From Catajapyx aquilonaris (Eukaryota): 36,892 nt of DNA. The notes below the pieces were generated by a model, which saw only the letters and a program-made list of their open reading frames with translations, was not told the DNA's origin and did no database searches. Positions 1 through 11,837 of the stretch are shown in pieces. The stretch's first letter is position 1, and each line of letters opens with the position of its first letter. Made by a program: the position numbers and the translations under genes. The stretch covers positions 1 to 36,892 of the forward strand of contig KZ539007.1 in NCBI GenBank assembly GCA_000934665.2, given 5' to 3'.

Positions 1-270
1 AGGGCCATCCTGCGGTGGATTTCGATTGGCTTAATCCCTTCACTCCACAAAAATCTCACGACGGCCCGCTGTTCTTCTTTGGTGCACTTCGCAAGTGTCG
101 CCGCCATCTTGTGATGGCTGTTGGCTGACTACAATGCCATCTAGTGGCACCTACTTTTACTACTCGATCCACTATAGTTCTACCATTGTGTATGTAAGGT
201 TTCAAGCGGCCAGGACGAATTTTGGATTTTTCAGGACACTTTTATCGTTTTCATTTGATTCCCCCTCGTA
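1..270 (-). mobile_element. mariner transposon 5' end (TIR plus transposase N-terminus), running off the window edge
   Basis: The minus strand from ATG at 107 reads MAATLAKCTKEEQRAVVRFLWSEGIKPIEIHRRMA, typical of a mariner transposase N-terminal HTH. The terminus TA-CGAGGGGGAATCAAATGAAAACG at 270-246 is mariner-like, with a TA target. Confidence 0.85.
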
Positions 271-643
271 ATTACCCCTGTTGGAAAGACATGTAATGCA
301 TTTTTTGTTACCTGCCATATAGATTAATTAGTTTTCTCTTAAGTAGTAGGTAAGTTAATATTTGTGGCATAGTCACTACTACTGTAAGGCACATTGTCAG
401 CATCTTTAGTAATGGTAGTTATTTCCAACACTAATGTCTGGTACAGTAGTTGTGAATGGTTCTTCTGTGCCACAAAGTTTTTATGAATTATCGCCCTTTT
501 ACTATCTGTGACCTAACCTGTGGTGCAGTGTGATTTGATTTGAGGGATCTCATTACTTGAGATGTTGATATGAGAAGTAAATATAGTGTGTTTCTAACAA
601 GTCTGGAAAACTTCAAGGGTAACTAATATATTGGCCACTGTAA

Positions 644-854
644 AGCTGGGTATCCACGTAAAAGTTTCTCATGCCAGAGTCCTCTTCCGCGAGAAAACTG
701 GTCCATTGAGACAAACTCGATGTCACTTCAGGGCCCCTCTGGCTCCTCGGAAGAGGGATTAAAGTTTAAAATTTTCAGCTTTTTCTGTCCTCTGATCCGG
801 GCATGCGCAGTTTGCCTCTCTTACAAGAGAAAACTCTGGTGTGGATACCCTGCT
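644..854. mobile_element. PIF/Harbinger (Tourist-like) MITE
   Basis: TIRs AGCTGGGTATCCAC (644-657) and GTGGATACCCTGCT (841-854) differ by 1 mismatch and are flanked by TAA at 641-643 and 855-857. Confidence 0.75.
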
Positions 855-857
855 TAA

Positions 858-1072
858 CCCTTAACTACTTAGGTGGCCGAAACACCTTTAGTTACTTAGG
901 TGGAGCCTGAGCGGCTCCAACGGTGTATTTAAATCTCTGCTTACCAGCTAAATTGTTGCATTGGACTTTTCACATACAGAAAGGGCCTTTCAGATCATTA
1001 GGCTTCCGAAAACGTAAAAATCACACTCTGAGTCAGCATGTTCCGCTCAGGCTCCACTTAAGTCGTTAAGGG
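858..1072. mobile_element. piggyBac-type MITE
   Basis: TTAA|CCCTTAAC...GTTAAGGG|TTAA (TTAA at 854-857 and 1073-1076). There is also a subterminal inverted repeat GTGGAGCCTGAGCGG / CCGCTCAGGCTCCAC. Confidence 0.85.
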
Positions 1073-1497
1073 TTAAAATTATGTACACAAAAATTGTGCT
1101 GGCTTCGATAACACTGCCCTGAAATGATTTTCCTCACGACTGTGCATATGTCTGAGCAGCACAGAAACACACAGAGAGAAACAGATTTTTTTCAACATAA
1201 TTATCATGTAAGTTCTCTAATATCAAGAACAAACATGACGTGGACTGTCAGGTCAAGTTGCACCTTGACCTGACTGTTCACATACCCTACCAAGTTCCAT
1301 ATGAAGGTCGAATTGTAATTTCATATAACCTCATCTTCTGTGTATGTGATGAGAGCTGACGGGCGCGTACTTTTACCATTACTGCATGTCATGCTTTCAT
1401 TGGACAAATAGCTCATTTAACCTATGCCTTTTCAAGTGTTCAAAGTATTATTGAAATGTTGGAGGTGGCCTACAGGTGCATTTCTTCACATGGAATA

Positions 1498-1807
1498 CAC
1501 TGTACCTACTCCCGATTATCCGGGTGCGAATTAATTATCTGTGCATGGCTAAAACAAAGAGAAGTCCGAAAAAAATTCAATTTTTCTCGCAAACAAAGAA
1601 ATATAACATACTTTTTCCAGAAGACAACCTATAAATCTACGGAAATTTTTCTAAGTTTGATTAAATCTTATATAAACCAGAATACAGTATGTACAGTCGT
1701 TCATTTAAAACCTGTGAATAGCTCATTTTGCGGTATCTAGGACCATTTTATGATTATCCAGCGACATCCTTGCAGCCATTAATCCTGATAATCGGGAGTA
1801 TACAGTG
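1498..1807. mobile_element. pogo/Tigger-like MITE, copy 1
   Basis: TA|CACTGTA..ACTCCCGATTATC ... GATAATCGGGAGTATACAGTG|TA. The body is clearly homologous to 13608-14278. Confidence 0.8.
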
Positions 1808-1864
1808 TACTTTCTATGGGGTGTTGTTGGATTAATAATTGGAAATCTGGTGCATATTTTACAG

Positions 1865-1990
1865 GGGCATGACCTCTGGGGTGCATTAATTCAAGACGCA
1901 TACAAGAGGAAAGTCGTCAGAGAAGTGACCATGGACATGATCGAGGATGTTAAGCAACTTGAAAGCTTAGTCCGTGCTAAGGATGCTTAA
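1865..1990 (+). CDS. terminal coding exon of an unidentified gene (GHDLWGALIQDAYKRKVVREVTMDMIEDVKQLESLVRAKDA*)
   Basis: Acceptor ttttacag at 1857-1864, an open frame to TAA 1988-1990, protein-like composition, then a long AT/GT-rich UTR-like tract. Upstream exons were not found in the window. Confidence 0.6.
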   Translation, partial: GHDLWGALIQDAYKRKVVREVTMDMIEDVKQLESLVRAKDA

Positions 1991-3310
1991 ATGGGGTTGT
2001 CGTCAGTTTTATCATGTGTGAGAGTTGACCTTTTTTTTTACGTTTGTATTCGGAAAACCTATTATGATTTAATGCGCAATATGGTTAAATTAGCATTGAC
2101 ACGAAAGAAAATGATCGTGAATTTTTAAATATGTTGCCACTGAATTTTGCAACTTGATCATGTTTGTTGCAATTCAAAAAAAAATGTATTTGGAAAGCCT
2201 ATTCTGCTTTAATGCATCATATGATTATAATCAGAATAATTGATATGGTAGAAAATGACCATGAAATTTTTAATGTGTTGCCGCTGAATTTTGTAACTTC
2301 ACGTTTGTTGAGATTGAAAGTTATTTACAAATGACGAAAGCAAAGTGTATATTCATGATGTCAGTTAAATGGAGCATAAAGCAGCAGTCTTAAATTCACA
2401 GAATGTCTGGTTTATTTTATCCATGCTAATAGTGATTTCTGATGCGATAGTGCTGGACTAAATGGGCAGCTTAATCATGCAAAAGATTAATAATGTTAGG
2501 ACACTTGAACTTGTTTTGCCCCATAAGGCTTAAGTTTTTGTCATTTGGACATTTATATCATGTTTGTGAGATTTTTTTTTACATGTATGTATGGAGAATC
2601 TGTGTTGTTTAATGCTTTATATTGTTGAGTTAAACATGGAATGAAAGGTGACAACTGATCATGGATTTTTTCAAGTTATCTACTAAATTTCACAAGGTAA
2701 TGATGTTCCTCACAGTTCAGAGATAGTCACAATTAAGGAAGACTTTCTGGGCATCCGTGGGATGTAAGGTGGGCCATTTTACTCAAGATATGCATGTGTG
2801 TAGAATGTTCATGCTGATATTGATGGTGTTGGATGTAATATGAAGAGATATCTGCAAAGTATTATGCATTGGTTTTTTAAAAGTTTTGCTTTGGAAATGT
2901 GCATTTCTTTAACGAAGTTGGCCATTTTACATTAATTTATGCTCAATATTTAATCATGAAATATGAAGTACAGTTGCCTTTTCATTAGCCTATACTTATG
3001 TTAAGTATGTTCAAATAATGGCATTCTAGACAACAGTTATAATTTCACTGTGATCATGAGTGTTGAGAAGCTTAGTGCCCCTTTGCATTGTCGAATTTGT
3101 AGTGGCGACTGTCTGCAGTGTGCAAGCGCTTGATCAGTTGGCCGTCCTGAGTAGACACCTTGCCAGTCGAACAGAAATAGAGCCACTACACCGTAGATCA
3201 TGTAAAGGGACCCTTAGTGAAGTGTAAAATTCCAATGCTGAACAGTTCTTAACAAGTTGTATATTCAGATAGACTGTTTATGTTCTGATTTTATACCTGA
3301 AGCCTTGAGC

Positions 3311-3316
3311 ATTAAA
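3311..3316 (+). terminator. candidate polyadenylation signal ATTAAA for the 1865-1990 gene
   Basis: ATTAAA at the end of a ~1.3-kb UTR-like stretch, followed ~20-35 nt later by a GT/T-rich tract (TGTGAATGTTCTTCTTT). Confidence 0.35.
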
Positions 3317-3585
3317 AGATATCAAACAGATGTGAATGTTCTTCTTTCCAATTGTTAATACTGAATTGAAAATTTTAATCATGCTATACCATTATGAAAG
3401 AGATGAAACATGGTAAGTTATCCATTAGATTTCTGTATATTTACTAACGATAACTGAGCATTGTATGGAACTCTTCTGTTCCAATCTCAGAACATCAGCA
3501 CATCCCAAACATAACATTGACTAGGAACACTGCATATCCCACAGCTACTTATACATTCAACTACTATGACAGGTAGCCCCAGTTA

Positions 3586-3748
3586 AGGCTCATTCACACA
3601 GGCCGTCGGCGGTTTTGGTTTTTGGGCTCGTCGACGCCACGGACCAATCAGAACGGGCCCTCACATAAACAACGCGTCATGGTTACTGTGAGGGCCCGCT
3701 CTGATTGGTCCAAAACCAAAACCGTCGACGGCCTGTGTGAATGGGTCT
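3586..3748. mobile_element. PIF/Harbinger-type palindromic MITE
   Basis: Ends AGGCTCATTCACACAGGCCGTC / GACGGCCTGTGTGAATGGGTCT with TTA on both sides (3583-3585, 3749-3751). Internal arms GGACCAATCAGAACGGGCCCTCACA / TGTGAGGGCCCGCTCTGATTGGTCC. Confidence 0.8.
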
Positions 3749-4034
3749 TTATACTCTGGGGTTAGTTCCAAAAAAACCGTTGTGAAGTGAGAAGCCGTAA
3801 AATGAGACCAAATAAATGACAATGTAATTGAATGGAATAGCTTCCAAAATCTTGTCTAGATGAAGTAAGGTCTAGTCACTCCCCTCTCATCGCCTTCGGG
3901 GCCTGACGGGGTGGTTTGCATCAGGTGGCCGCATGATAGCGCTTTTCAGGGCCTCATTGACATGTGCAACTGTACCGGACTGCTCTGAACTTCGGGAGAA
4001 GAAAAGTTTTTGCTTCTCTGATGTTCAGGTGTTT

Positions 4035-4570
4035 GGCCATGTCTCAAATAGATCCTATACACCTAGGGAACATGTCTGCCAAGTGGCACCTTCTCATCAC
4101 AAAGTGCCGAGTTAACACGCATAGTTCCCTGATCAGGTTGGCAACACCGCATAACTCGTGACCTAAGGGGCCGATCAGTTGCCTCCAACTCTGAAATTGC
4201 TCCTATAGGCCTAAGGAACATACGTACCAAGCGGCACCTTCTTATCTCAAAATGCAAAGTTCAAAACGGTTCAAAACGTTGGGTCCAGGACCAGGTTGGC
4301 AACACAGCATAACTCCTGACCTAAGGAACCGATCAAGTGCCGACATCTCTCAAACGACTCCTACAGACCTGGGGAACATATGTGCCAAGTGGTACCTTCT
4401 TATCACAAAAATGCAACGTTAAAAACGCTCAGGTCATCCCAGGCCATGTTGGCAACACTGCATAACTCGTGACCTAAGGGGCCGATCAGTTGCCTGCAAC
4501 TCTGGAATTGCTCCTATAGGCCTAAGGAACATATGTGCCAAGTGGCACCTTCTTATCACAAAGTGCAAGG
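4035..4570. repeat. tandem array of ~150-158-bp units (~3.5 copies), probably inside a non-autonomous DNA element (~3866-4606)
   Basis: The motif CCAAG(T/C)GG(C/T)ACCTTCT recurs at ~4079, 4227, 4385 and 4538 (spacings 148, 158, 153). Confidence 0.85.
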
Positions 4571-4985
4571 TTAGGCCTGATTTTTGCGCTTAGGGCCCGG
4601 ACTTTAAGTATTATTCAGTTATTTATCACCTGATCATTTAACACTAACAGGGAAACCATTCCTCTCTTGAGAATTGATGACTGGCTTGAATTGAATGATT
4701 TATAAAAGCATGACTATATTCAGTGAGTTCGCACTCACATTCAGTTACTCAGTCAAAGAGGACCTAAAGATAATGCTGTCTGCTCACAGGAGTGACAGCC
4801 TCAAACATGTGTCACAGGAGGAAAACCTGCTGTGACTCAAATAATGGTGCATATCAGCTACTATTTCATGAAATTTGCCAATATGTTTAATTGACAATAT
4901 GAATTGGAAACTTTTCAATAGTCCTGATCATTTTAATGGGAGAAACATGTTCCCCTTTGAAACATGATAATAGGAAGGTAGTAAT

Positions 4986-4988
<3 letters not shown>

Positions 4989-5045
<57 letters not shown>

Positions 5046-5534
5046 GTTTATTTAACCTCCTTTGGGAAAATCCCATAACAGGAGGGGGAAGCGTTTACAA
5101 AGTAATATCAGCATGTTTCAGCAGTCTGGTGGATTGTACAAAGTATGAGTATAGTTGGTATAAAACATGGGAGGGAGGATCTTGTAACAATCTTTTCGGG
5201 GGGGGGNCTCTAGGCCAGTCATAGAGATGTGTTCGTCTCACTTGCTTGAAGAAGGAACATGTATAGATAACATGGTGGAGATCAATGGGATCAGGTGGGT
5301 AGCATAATGAGCATTCCATAGAACCATTAATCCCTGGATAAATAGATAAGGAGATTCATTGCGCAGGTTTGCCAACATAAGAGTGATCTGGATGGGGGAG
5401 TTATAAGAGAAGTAGCCTACAGTTCACGTTGGGGGGAGTTTTTCAGCATTGCGTAATTTCGGTACCTAATAGAAGCTCCCACGCCGCATAATCCTCTTGT
5501 ATTGTCACATCTATGTATTGTTTGATTATCGAGG
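4989..5534 (-). mobile_element. 5'-truncated non-LTR retrotransposon (LINE) 3' end with (TTA)n tail
   Basis: 13-bp TSD AGGTAGTAATGTA at 4976-4988 and 5535-5547. The minus strand encodes a frameshifted ORF2 C-terminus with CSLC-x8-H-x4-C (ECSLCYPPDPIDLHHVIYTCSFFKQVR). Trinucleotide tail at 4989-5045. Confidence 0.85.
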
Positions 5535-6839
5535 AGGTAGTAATGTATGTAAGATATGTTTCGCATTATAGGGTTTAATTATCTGGCCATTCTTTTTTTG
5601 ATGGCCCTGTACTGTAGTTTAGTAATATTTTTTTAAATATTTTTATTGGAAGAGATGCATGACTGAGGTCAATGTGACCCCAGATGAGCAGATACATAAT
5701 TCGTTTGTGAGATACAAAATACCCATCAGTTATACCTTGACTAATTACTTCATATTGAGGTGGTCTAGGCTAATGGTTAGCTTGGTCATGATTAGAAGGT
5801 GTGGTGGTGAAAGACTTGTCTGAGCCATACACTGTATTAACACTTATTCCCTACACACTTTAGTACTTTCCTACACGCTTTGATGGAAATCCAAGTCAAT
5901 GGTATACAAAGAACATAGATACTTGAATCACAATGCGGCCATCACTTCCTGAGAGAAATATTCTCAAATTTTTTGTGCATTGATAGAAAATACTGTCAAA
6001 ATATATTATGTTACAACATGTAACTTCGACTAGATTTCCGTCAATCTCTTTGCACAATGGAATTCACAGTGCGAGAAATTACAGTCAATTTTAGAAGTCA
6101 ACAATTTTAACAAAGATAAATTACACCACGAGGAAATTCATGCAAGCAAAAATATGCACTGACAAGTTAATGTACATTAGATATATCTAAGGATACTGCA
6201 ATATGATGAATAAGAATTCCTGAGTGGTGCACAAAAAGTTGAGTATGGTTGGTGCTTTCTACTAGTATCAGTGGACGTTGCCTCATTAGGCAGTTAAGAT
6301 CCGGAGATCTGGAAAATATACTAAGATGCTGCTGCTGTTATTATTATTCTTTTTATTCTATTACCCCGATACCAGGGCGGAGATCGGGGGGGGGGGGGGG
6401 GGNGGGGGGGGGGGATGCCCGAACTACTACGAAATGGGAAAGTGTTGCCTGGACCTAGTCGAGCTGGACAAAATGAGGTGAGGAGTGCGAATGAACAGAA
6501 CGAGCCCATTTCCACCCAGCATATATTAAGCAGGAAGCCACAAGGAGAATACCTGTTTCCAAGGATCAAATGCCAGCTGTCGCAGAGGCTAAGGCTAATT
6601 CTACCAGGATTAGTGTAATACAGTAACTTAGGTGGAGGCAGAGTGCCACTGTGATAATGTACACCCTCACCAATGGAACTGTCCCAGGTTTTATCCAAAT
6701 GGGCTTGCTCCTCCCTTTCATCTCCTACAGACTACCACTTATTGTGGTGACTGAACATGGGGAGGAGGAAGAGGAGGGCCAAAATAAGCTGGATGGAGCC
6801 AAGAGAAAGAAGGTGAGAGGTTCACAAAAAACTAGTTAG

Positions 6840-7941
6840 GACCATATTTCCAATAAATCCTCTTTGATCTTTTTTATTGAAACAGCCAGTCACAACTATG
6901 TAGGAATGGGCTGCGCAGCCCTTCAAGCGAGGTCCAAGTACTCATCATCTGCACCTTACCTGGTCGGTGGATTCCGGGTCTGATTGTCGAGCTGCTTACG
7001 GGAGCTGCGATGGACCACTGGAGTGAGGCGTCATCTCCAGTGCGGCCTACTGATTTTATATGACGAAGGATGTTGCTGTTTGGCTGTTCTGGCTGCGCCC
7101 AGCTGGATGGATGGAAGGTTGGTAGAAGAGGTGGACGATGTCGTGTTGTCGTCACCTTGAGAAGAATTCCTGGAGCTGTGAGTACGTGGATGCTGTGCTG
7201 ACCTTGATGACATGGTGGGTCAAGACCAGCTGATCTCCAGTGACATGTTTGAGTCACTCGTCACGTTGCCTTAGTTGGGATGACTTTCCTGGCCGGTGCA
7301 CATGCCCTGGTGGGTGTGACACGTGTCTGGAGCCTGGTGCTCTGGACTGGTGCTGCTTCCGATGTTCTGGAAGGACACCGTGGATGTCTTCGAAGAAGAG
7401 GCCTCCGAAGTTCGGACCTTTCTACGAAGTGTGTGATTGGTGGTGCCGCCTGGACAATTGGACCATGGCTGACCTGTGTGTGCTGCTGCTTGGACACTGC
7501 AACCGAGTTCCAGTGGAGGAGGTGTACGTGGACTTGTGTACATGTTTGTGGGTCCGGATTGAATTTAGTGTCCAGATTGAACTGACCTTTTGGGGGACTG
7601 TTGCTGTTTGAAATTTTTTTGTACTTGATTGGCTTGATATTTGAAGTTGTTTTAAATGTATTCTGGAGCGGTGTCGCTCCAGGTTTTTGTAGTGGGGGGG
7701 TATGTCGGGACCACGTGTTTTGACATCTATCCCCATTGGCTGATTTGGAGTGCCGCCTGGTGGCGAGACCTTTGTTCGGGATAAAAAGGGAGCGCCTGCC
7801 CTCGAGAGACACTCTCTCTCTCCTGTATCTGTTCACTCTAGCAATACACTGATTTAACCTCCTACCGGACTCTTATTCCCCTTGCTTATTCCCACTCCCT
7901 GCGAGCTAGCTAGGTCAGGGGTCAGGTCAAGGGCCCTGACA
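6840..7941 (+). mobile_element. degenerate Gypsy-like LTR retrotransposon 3' part with PPT and 3' LTR (7703-7941)
   Basis: Polypurine tract AGTGGGGGGG (7691-7700) lies 2 nt before TGTCGGGAC. The LTR ends GCCCTGACA (TG...CA, imperfect terminal IR). Upstream remnants WIPGLIVE and VRRHLQ near 6965-7045 resemble the integrase C-terminus of K02A2.6-like Gypsy elements. No 5' LTR was seen. Confidence 0.6.
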
Positions 7942-7989
7942 ATATAACTAGTAATTATGATTGCATGATATAAATGTGCAAGGCATGAC

Positions 7990-8200
7990 CATGTTGTGTG
8001 ACATAATATTAGGCTATATCGCGGGCTATATTGAGGTTCAATCATTATATACAGTATCACAAATTATGCAATGCTGCCCCCATCCAAAGATACAGCCCAA
8101 TAATGGACAGGATATCAAATATCCATTGTCAGTCGTCCAGTCAAAGATAAAGGATGATGTTTTGGTAAAATTATTTAAAGTGATATGGCACGCCATATGG
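7990..8200 (+). pseudogene. possible P-element/THAP9 transposase C-terminal remnant
   Basis: Translation contains ILGYIAGYI, then cysteines and IKYP, matching the YIAGY...YP pattern of P-type transposase C-termini. The rest is degraded. Confidence 0.4.
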
Positions 8201-9589
8201 TGGCAATTACTACTTTCCCAATTCCCCACTCATAGGGCTACCAAAGAATGGTCTTCTGCAGCAATACGGAAACTGCCGGAACGGTGGCAAACAGTGCAGA
8301 CATTGGCAGGGAATACCCGAACGTACCGTGAATTCATTTTGTCCCATGAAATGGTTAGTGTGCAGAAAAAAATATTGGAATCCCAATCATTTTTGAACGA
8401 GCTATATACATAACTTACCCTTATTCACTGGTACTTATTTCCTTTAAGCTAAGGTAAACTCTCATTAACTTATGTATAGTTGCAATATTATATACTTCCA
8501 CTGTTATGTTTAAAATGTTCAATTTATCCATGTGTACAAAATGTATCGAGTACAGAGTCCCTATTTGGGAACAAACAGCAGGTAAAATAAAAATTGCAAT
8601 TGGTTTTAGTTTATAGGGATGATATCAGCGAAAGGGATGTAAGCCACACAAGGTGTAAGATGGAATAGTGGCCTCACTGCATGTGCATTGCATGTTTGGT
8701 TCAATATGGTGTCGAACTGATTATCTCGCTAAAATTTTCCTTCATTGTTCACTTGAACAGCTGGTCACAATATACTTTTTAGGCAGTAAAAGAAACATGT
8801 TTCTAAATACCTGTCTGTCCATATGGCCCCAGAAAATATGATATTCCTTCTATGGGCCAGCACTATTTCCTTAAATGACAGTAAAAGCAATAAGTTAAAG
8901 CAAGGTTAAAGTAACTTTACACATATGGAATTTATTTGGCATGTAGCCAGTTGGGATAAACTTCTTTATCCGCAGTGGGGATCAAACTCAGGACTTCGAG
9001 GGGGTATGTCAATGAAGTCATCATGGCCTACAGTCCTACACCATCTCACTATCACAATATTGTGGTCAAAAATATTGTGAATTTGCAATTTTTCAACTTC
9101 AAAAGGTGGCAGCTACGAGTTTGATATTGAATGTGCAGTAATTTGATATTAATTTAAAACAATGGTAGGTGTAGCCCAATTTTAAAGGTACATATATTTT
9201 GTTCAATAAAAACTACATTTATTAAAATCAACGATTGCGCTATAATTATTGTCTGGTTAACATGGTATATGCTGCCATCCCTAGAAAAAAGTACTAGTAT
9301 ACACCATTAGCCTGTGGTTTATTTGTAGATGCGGCAGAGCTTTTTCATTCTTCCTTGGGACAGGGACAGCAGTAATGAGAACCATGTATTAATGGAAAAC
9401 CCCTTAAATTACAACAATATTAATGCGGTATGTTAACCCTGGAGCCGTGCCATGGGGTAAAAAGCAAGTAATATGGTACCAGACCACCTCATTTGTGTCT
9501 TTTCACTGTTTTCAGACCCCAAATTCAACCTGTATAAATTGCAACCTAGGACTGGCAGCTCATAGCTTGTAAGTACTTTATAATTGATA

Positions 9590-9809
9590 TTAGGGAGGTT
9601 GGCCCGGCATTGCCTCTTCAACCTCCAAGGATATAGGGAAGGAAGGAAGCGGCTGTGGCCTATTATACGGAAGCAACCCCGGAATTATCCTAGGAAGACC
9701 ATGGGAAACCACAGAAAACCACGGTCAGGATCGTCGGCCCCGGTATTCGGACCCAGGACCTCCCGATTAGCAGTCGGACGCCTTATCCACCATGCCAACC
9801 TGCTTCGGT
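9590..9809 (-). mobile_element. tRNA-derived SINE (same head and body as 21856-22160, different 3' end)
   Basis: Minus strand ACCGAAGCAG..TGGCATGGTGG..TCCGACTGCTAATCGGGAGGTCCTGGGTCCGAATACC..CCGTGGTTTTCTGTGGTTTCCCATGGTCT aligns by eye to 21856-22040. Confidence 0.8.
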
Positions 9810-10611
9810 AGCTTATTGTGAGTAGGCCTACTGTAGGTATGGCAATTCAATAGCAATTGAGTTTTCAAAACATATTAGACTTAAAGTATAATATTCTAGA
9901 ATAGAAGTTAGGCATTCCTGTGGGCCTGTTCAGTGTCAAAAAATGCAACATTATAATATGTAGGCCCTTATGTCATAGTATAATGTGAAACAAATATTCA
10001 CTATTTTTACTTTCCCAAAATAAGTGCTAAATATTTTTGTCATTTAATTCATGGTGTACTTGACTTACCTACTAGTAAGGCCTGTCACTGACTGTAAGCT
10101 GAAAGAAAAATGTCAAAATACTGTATCCTCTTCTGTTTTATATTGCACGTTGCTGACTGAGATATTCTAAACATTCTGCAAAGCTTTCTTTTGTTATCAA
10201 GAGCTAATATTATCCACCATAATTATCTGAGTTCACCTCCAAACAAGCCAGTTGGGTTGGGAATGGCATGGTAGTCTACATTTAAAAATAATAATAAATA
10301 ATTTGCCACAAATTTTGACTTATGTAAACAAGTTATACACAAATAAGTGTAATCCAAAATATTATTGGGATGTCTTCTCATACTAAAATAATCCCTAAAT
10401 AAATTGTGCCATGGATGTCACCTTTATGAAGTCACAGAAAAAACTCACATTTTCTTTCTTTATTATTCAGTAGCACCATGTCTATTCAATGATTGTTACA
10501 AGAGGGCAGGTCAGGGTACAAAAATTTCGAAAAAAAAAAGAAAAAGAAAAAAAGATTGCATTTGGGAATTAATGGGAACATCAATTGAATGACCTTTCTG
10601 AGTCAACATGG

Positions 10612-11837
10612 CTATCCTGGTCGTCCTTTGACGACCTGCACCATCCCATAATCTTCATAAGCCAACGAGAGGTTCTCCATGGGCTCAACGACCTGGAAAA
10701 AGACACAACATCAGCAAGTGTAGTAGTTAATATGTAACAGTTTCCACACAAGATTTTGTAAATACTAACTGGTTAATCACTTTCTGGAGCACATCATTGT
10801 TTTCAGTGACCAATCAGCAGATATTTATTTATTTAATAATTAATTAATTACTACAGTTGAATCTGGATATAGCAGACTTCAAGGGACCATGGAAATCAGT
10901 TCGTTATAAGTCTTATAACCAATGTGTGTTATAGCTGAATACAAAAGCCATATGTGGAAGTGTGCTGGGGTGGAAGTGTGCTGGGGTGTTATAAGCGAAA
11001 GACTGTTATAGCCGAGGCTGTTATATCCGGATTCAACTGCAGTTAATTTCTGGTGGCTTTTGGTCACCTGTCTCTTCATCCGAGTTCATCATTTTCACTA
11101 TAGTGACTAACACCTTATTAATACGGGTGTGTGGATATCCTGCAAGTTATTTTACCTCATCGTTGGGATCACAAAGCGTGTACAGGCTCTCGGCATAGAG
11201 CATCACCTTCTTCCTCATGTTCCCCATAATCTCGGACTTGCTCATGGCCGTATTTTCGGCCTTTCGCTCCTCATCACCCTTATCCTTGGCCTTTCGTTCC
11301 TCATCACCCTTCTCCTTGCCACGTCCCTCCACTTCTTCATCAGATGAGGACGAGTCGTCATCCAGGCTGATGACTATCTCCTTGCCTGGCTTATTGGTAG
11401 GGTTAGGGCGGGGCGGGGCCAGGTTCCAGCTGATGTCTTCTGGCTCATCCTTCTGTTCAATCGGAGGCCTCCTCCTGCGCCACTTTGCCATGGGATTCTC
11501 CTGAACCTCTTCTGGTGTGGGGGCAGGTCCCTCTGGATTTGGCCAGTACCTGACGTACTCCTTCATGAGTGGATAAAACTCATCCTTCTTCGCCTGGTTG
11601 GAATCCTTGGGCCTGGCCATGGGCCGCCTGACCGATCCCTTCCCATGCCACTATAAAATGGAACGTGACTATAATATTGCTCTCTTTGGGTGCAAAATGT
11701 GAGTTATTTACCTCCCGTTGAGCCAACGAGTTGTCCTCTTCCTTGCCCTTGTTTGGGGTAACGCATTTGACCAGGAGAGACGAGGCCTCGTCCTCAGATC
11801 TACCTGCCCAGCTCCCTTCCCCTGACGATGCAGCCAT
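10612..11837 (-). CDS. putative three-exon orphan gene or gene fragment (~233 aa, acidic/Pro-rich); exons 11837-11712, 11650-11156, 10692-10612
   Basis: AAAATGG start at 11837. Phase-0 GT-AG introns at 11711-11651 (61 nt) and 11155-10693. The spliced frame is open to TAG at 10614-10612 and contains the repeat KEKGDEERKA/KDKGDEERKA. No family was recognised, and the true start may lie further upstream. Confidence 0.55.
10854..11039. mobile_element. Tigger/pogo-like MITE in an intron
   Basis: TA|CAGTTGAATCTGGATATA ... TATATCCGGATTCAACTG|CA, with repeated subterminal GTTATA motifs. Confidence 0.8.

Noticed and set aside
4035..4570. CRISPR-like repeat/spacer array
   Set aside because: Whole ~150-bp units are homologous, there are no unique spacers, no cas genes are present, and the context is eukaryotic.
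7240..7836. Multiple overlapping 90-190 aa ORFs
   Set aside because: They lie in the GC-richer 3' region and LTR of a decayed retroelement, with no domain signal.
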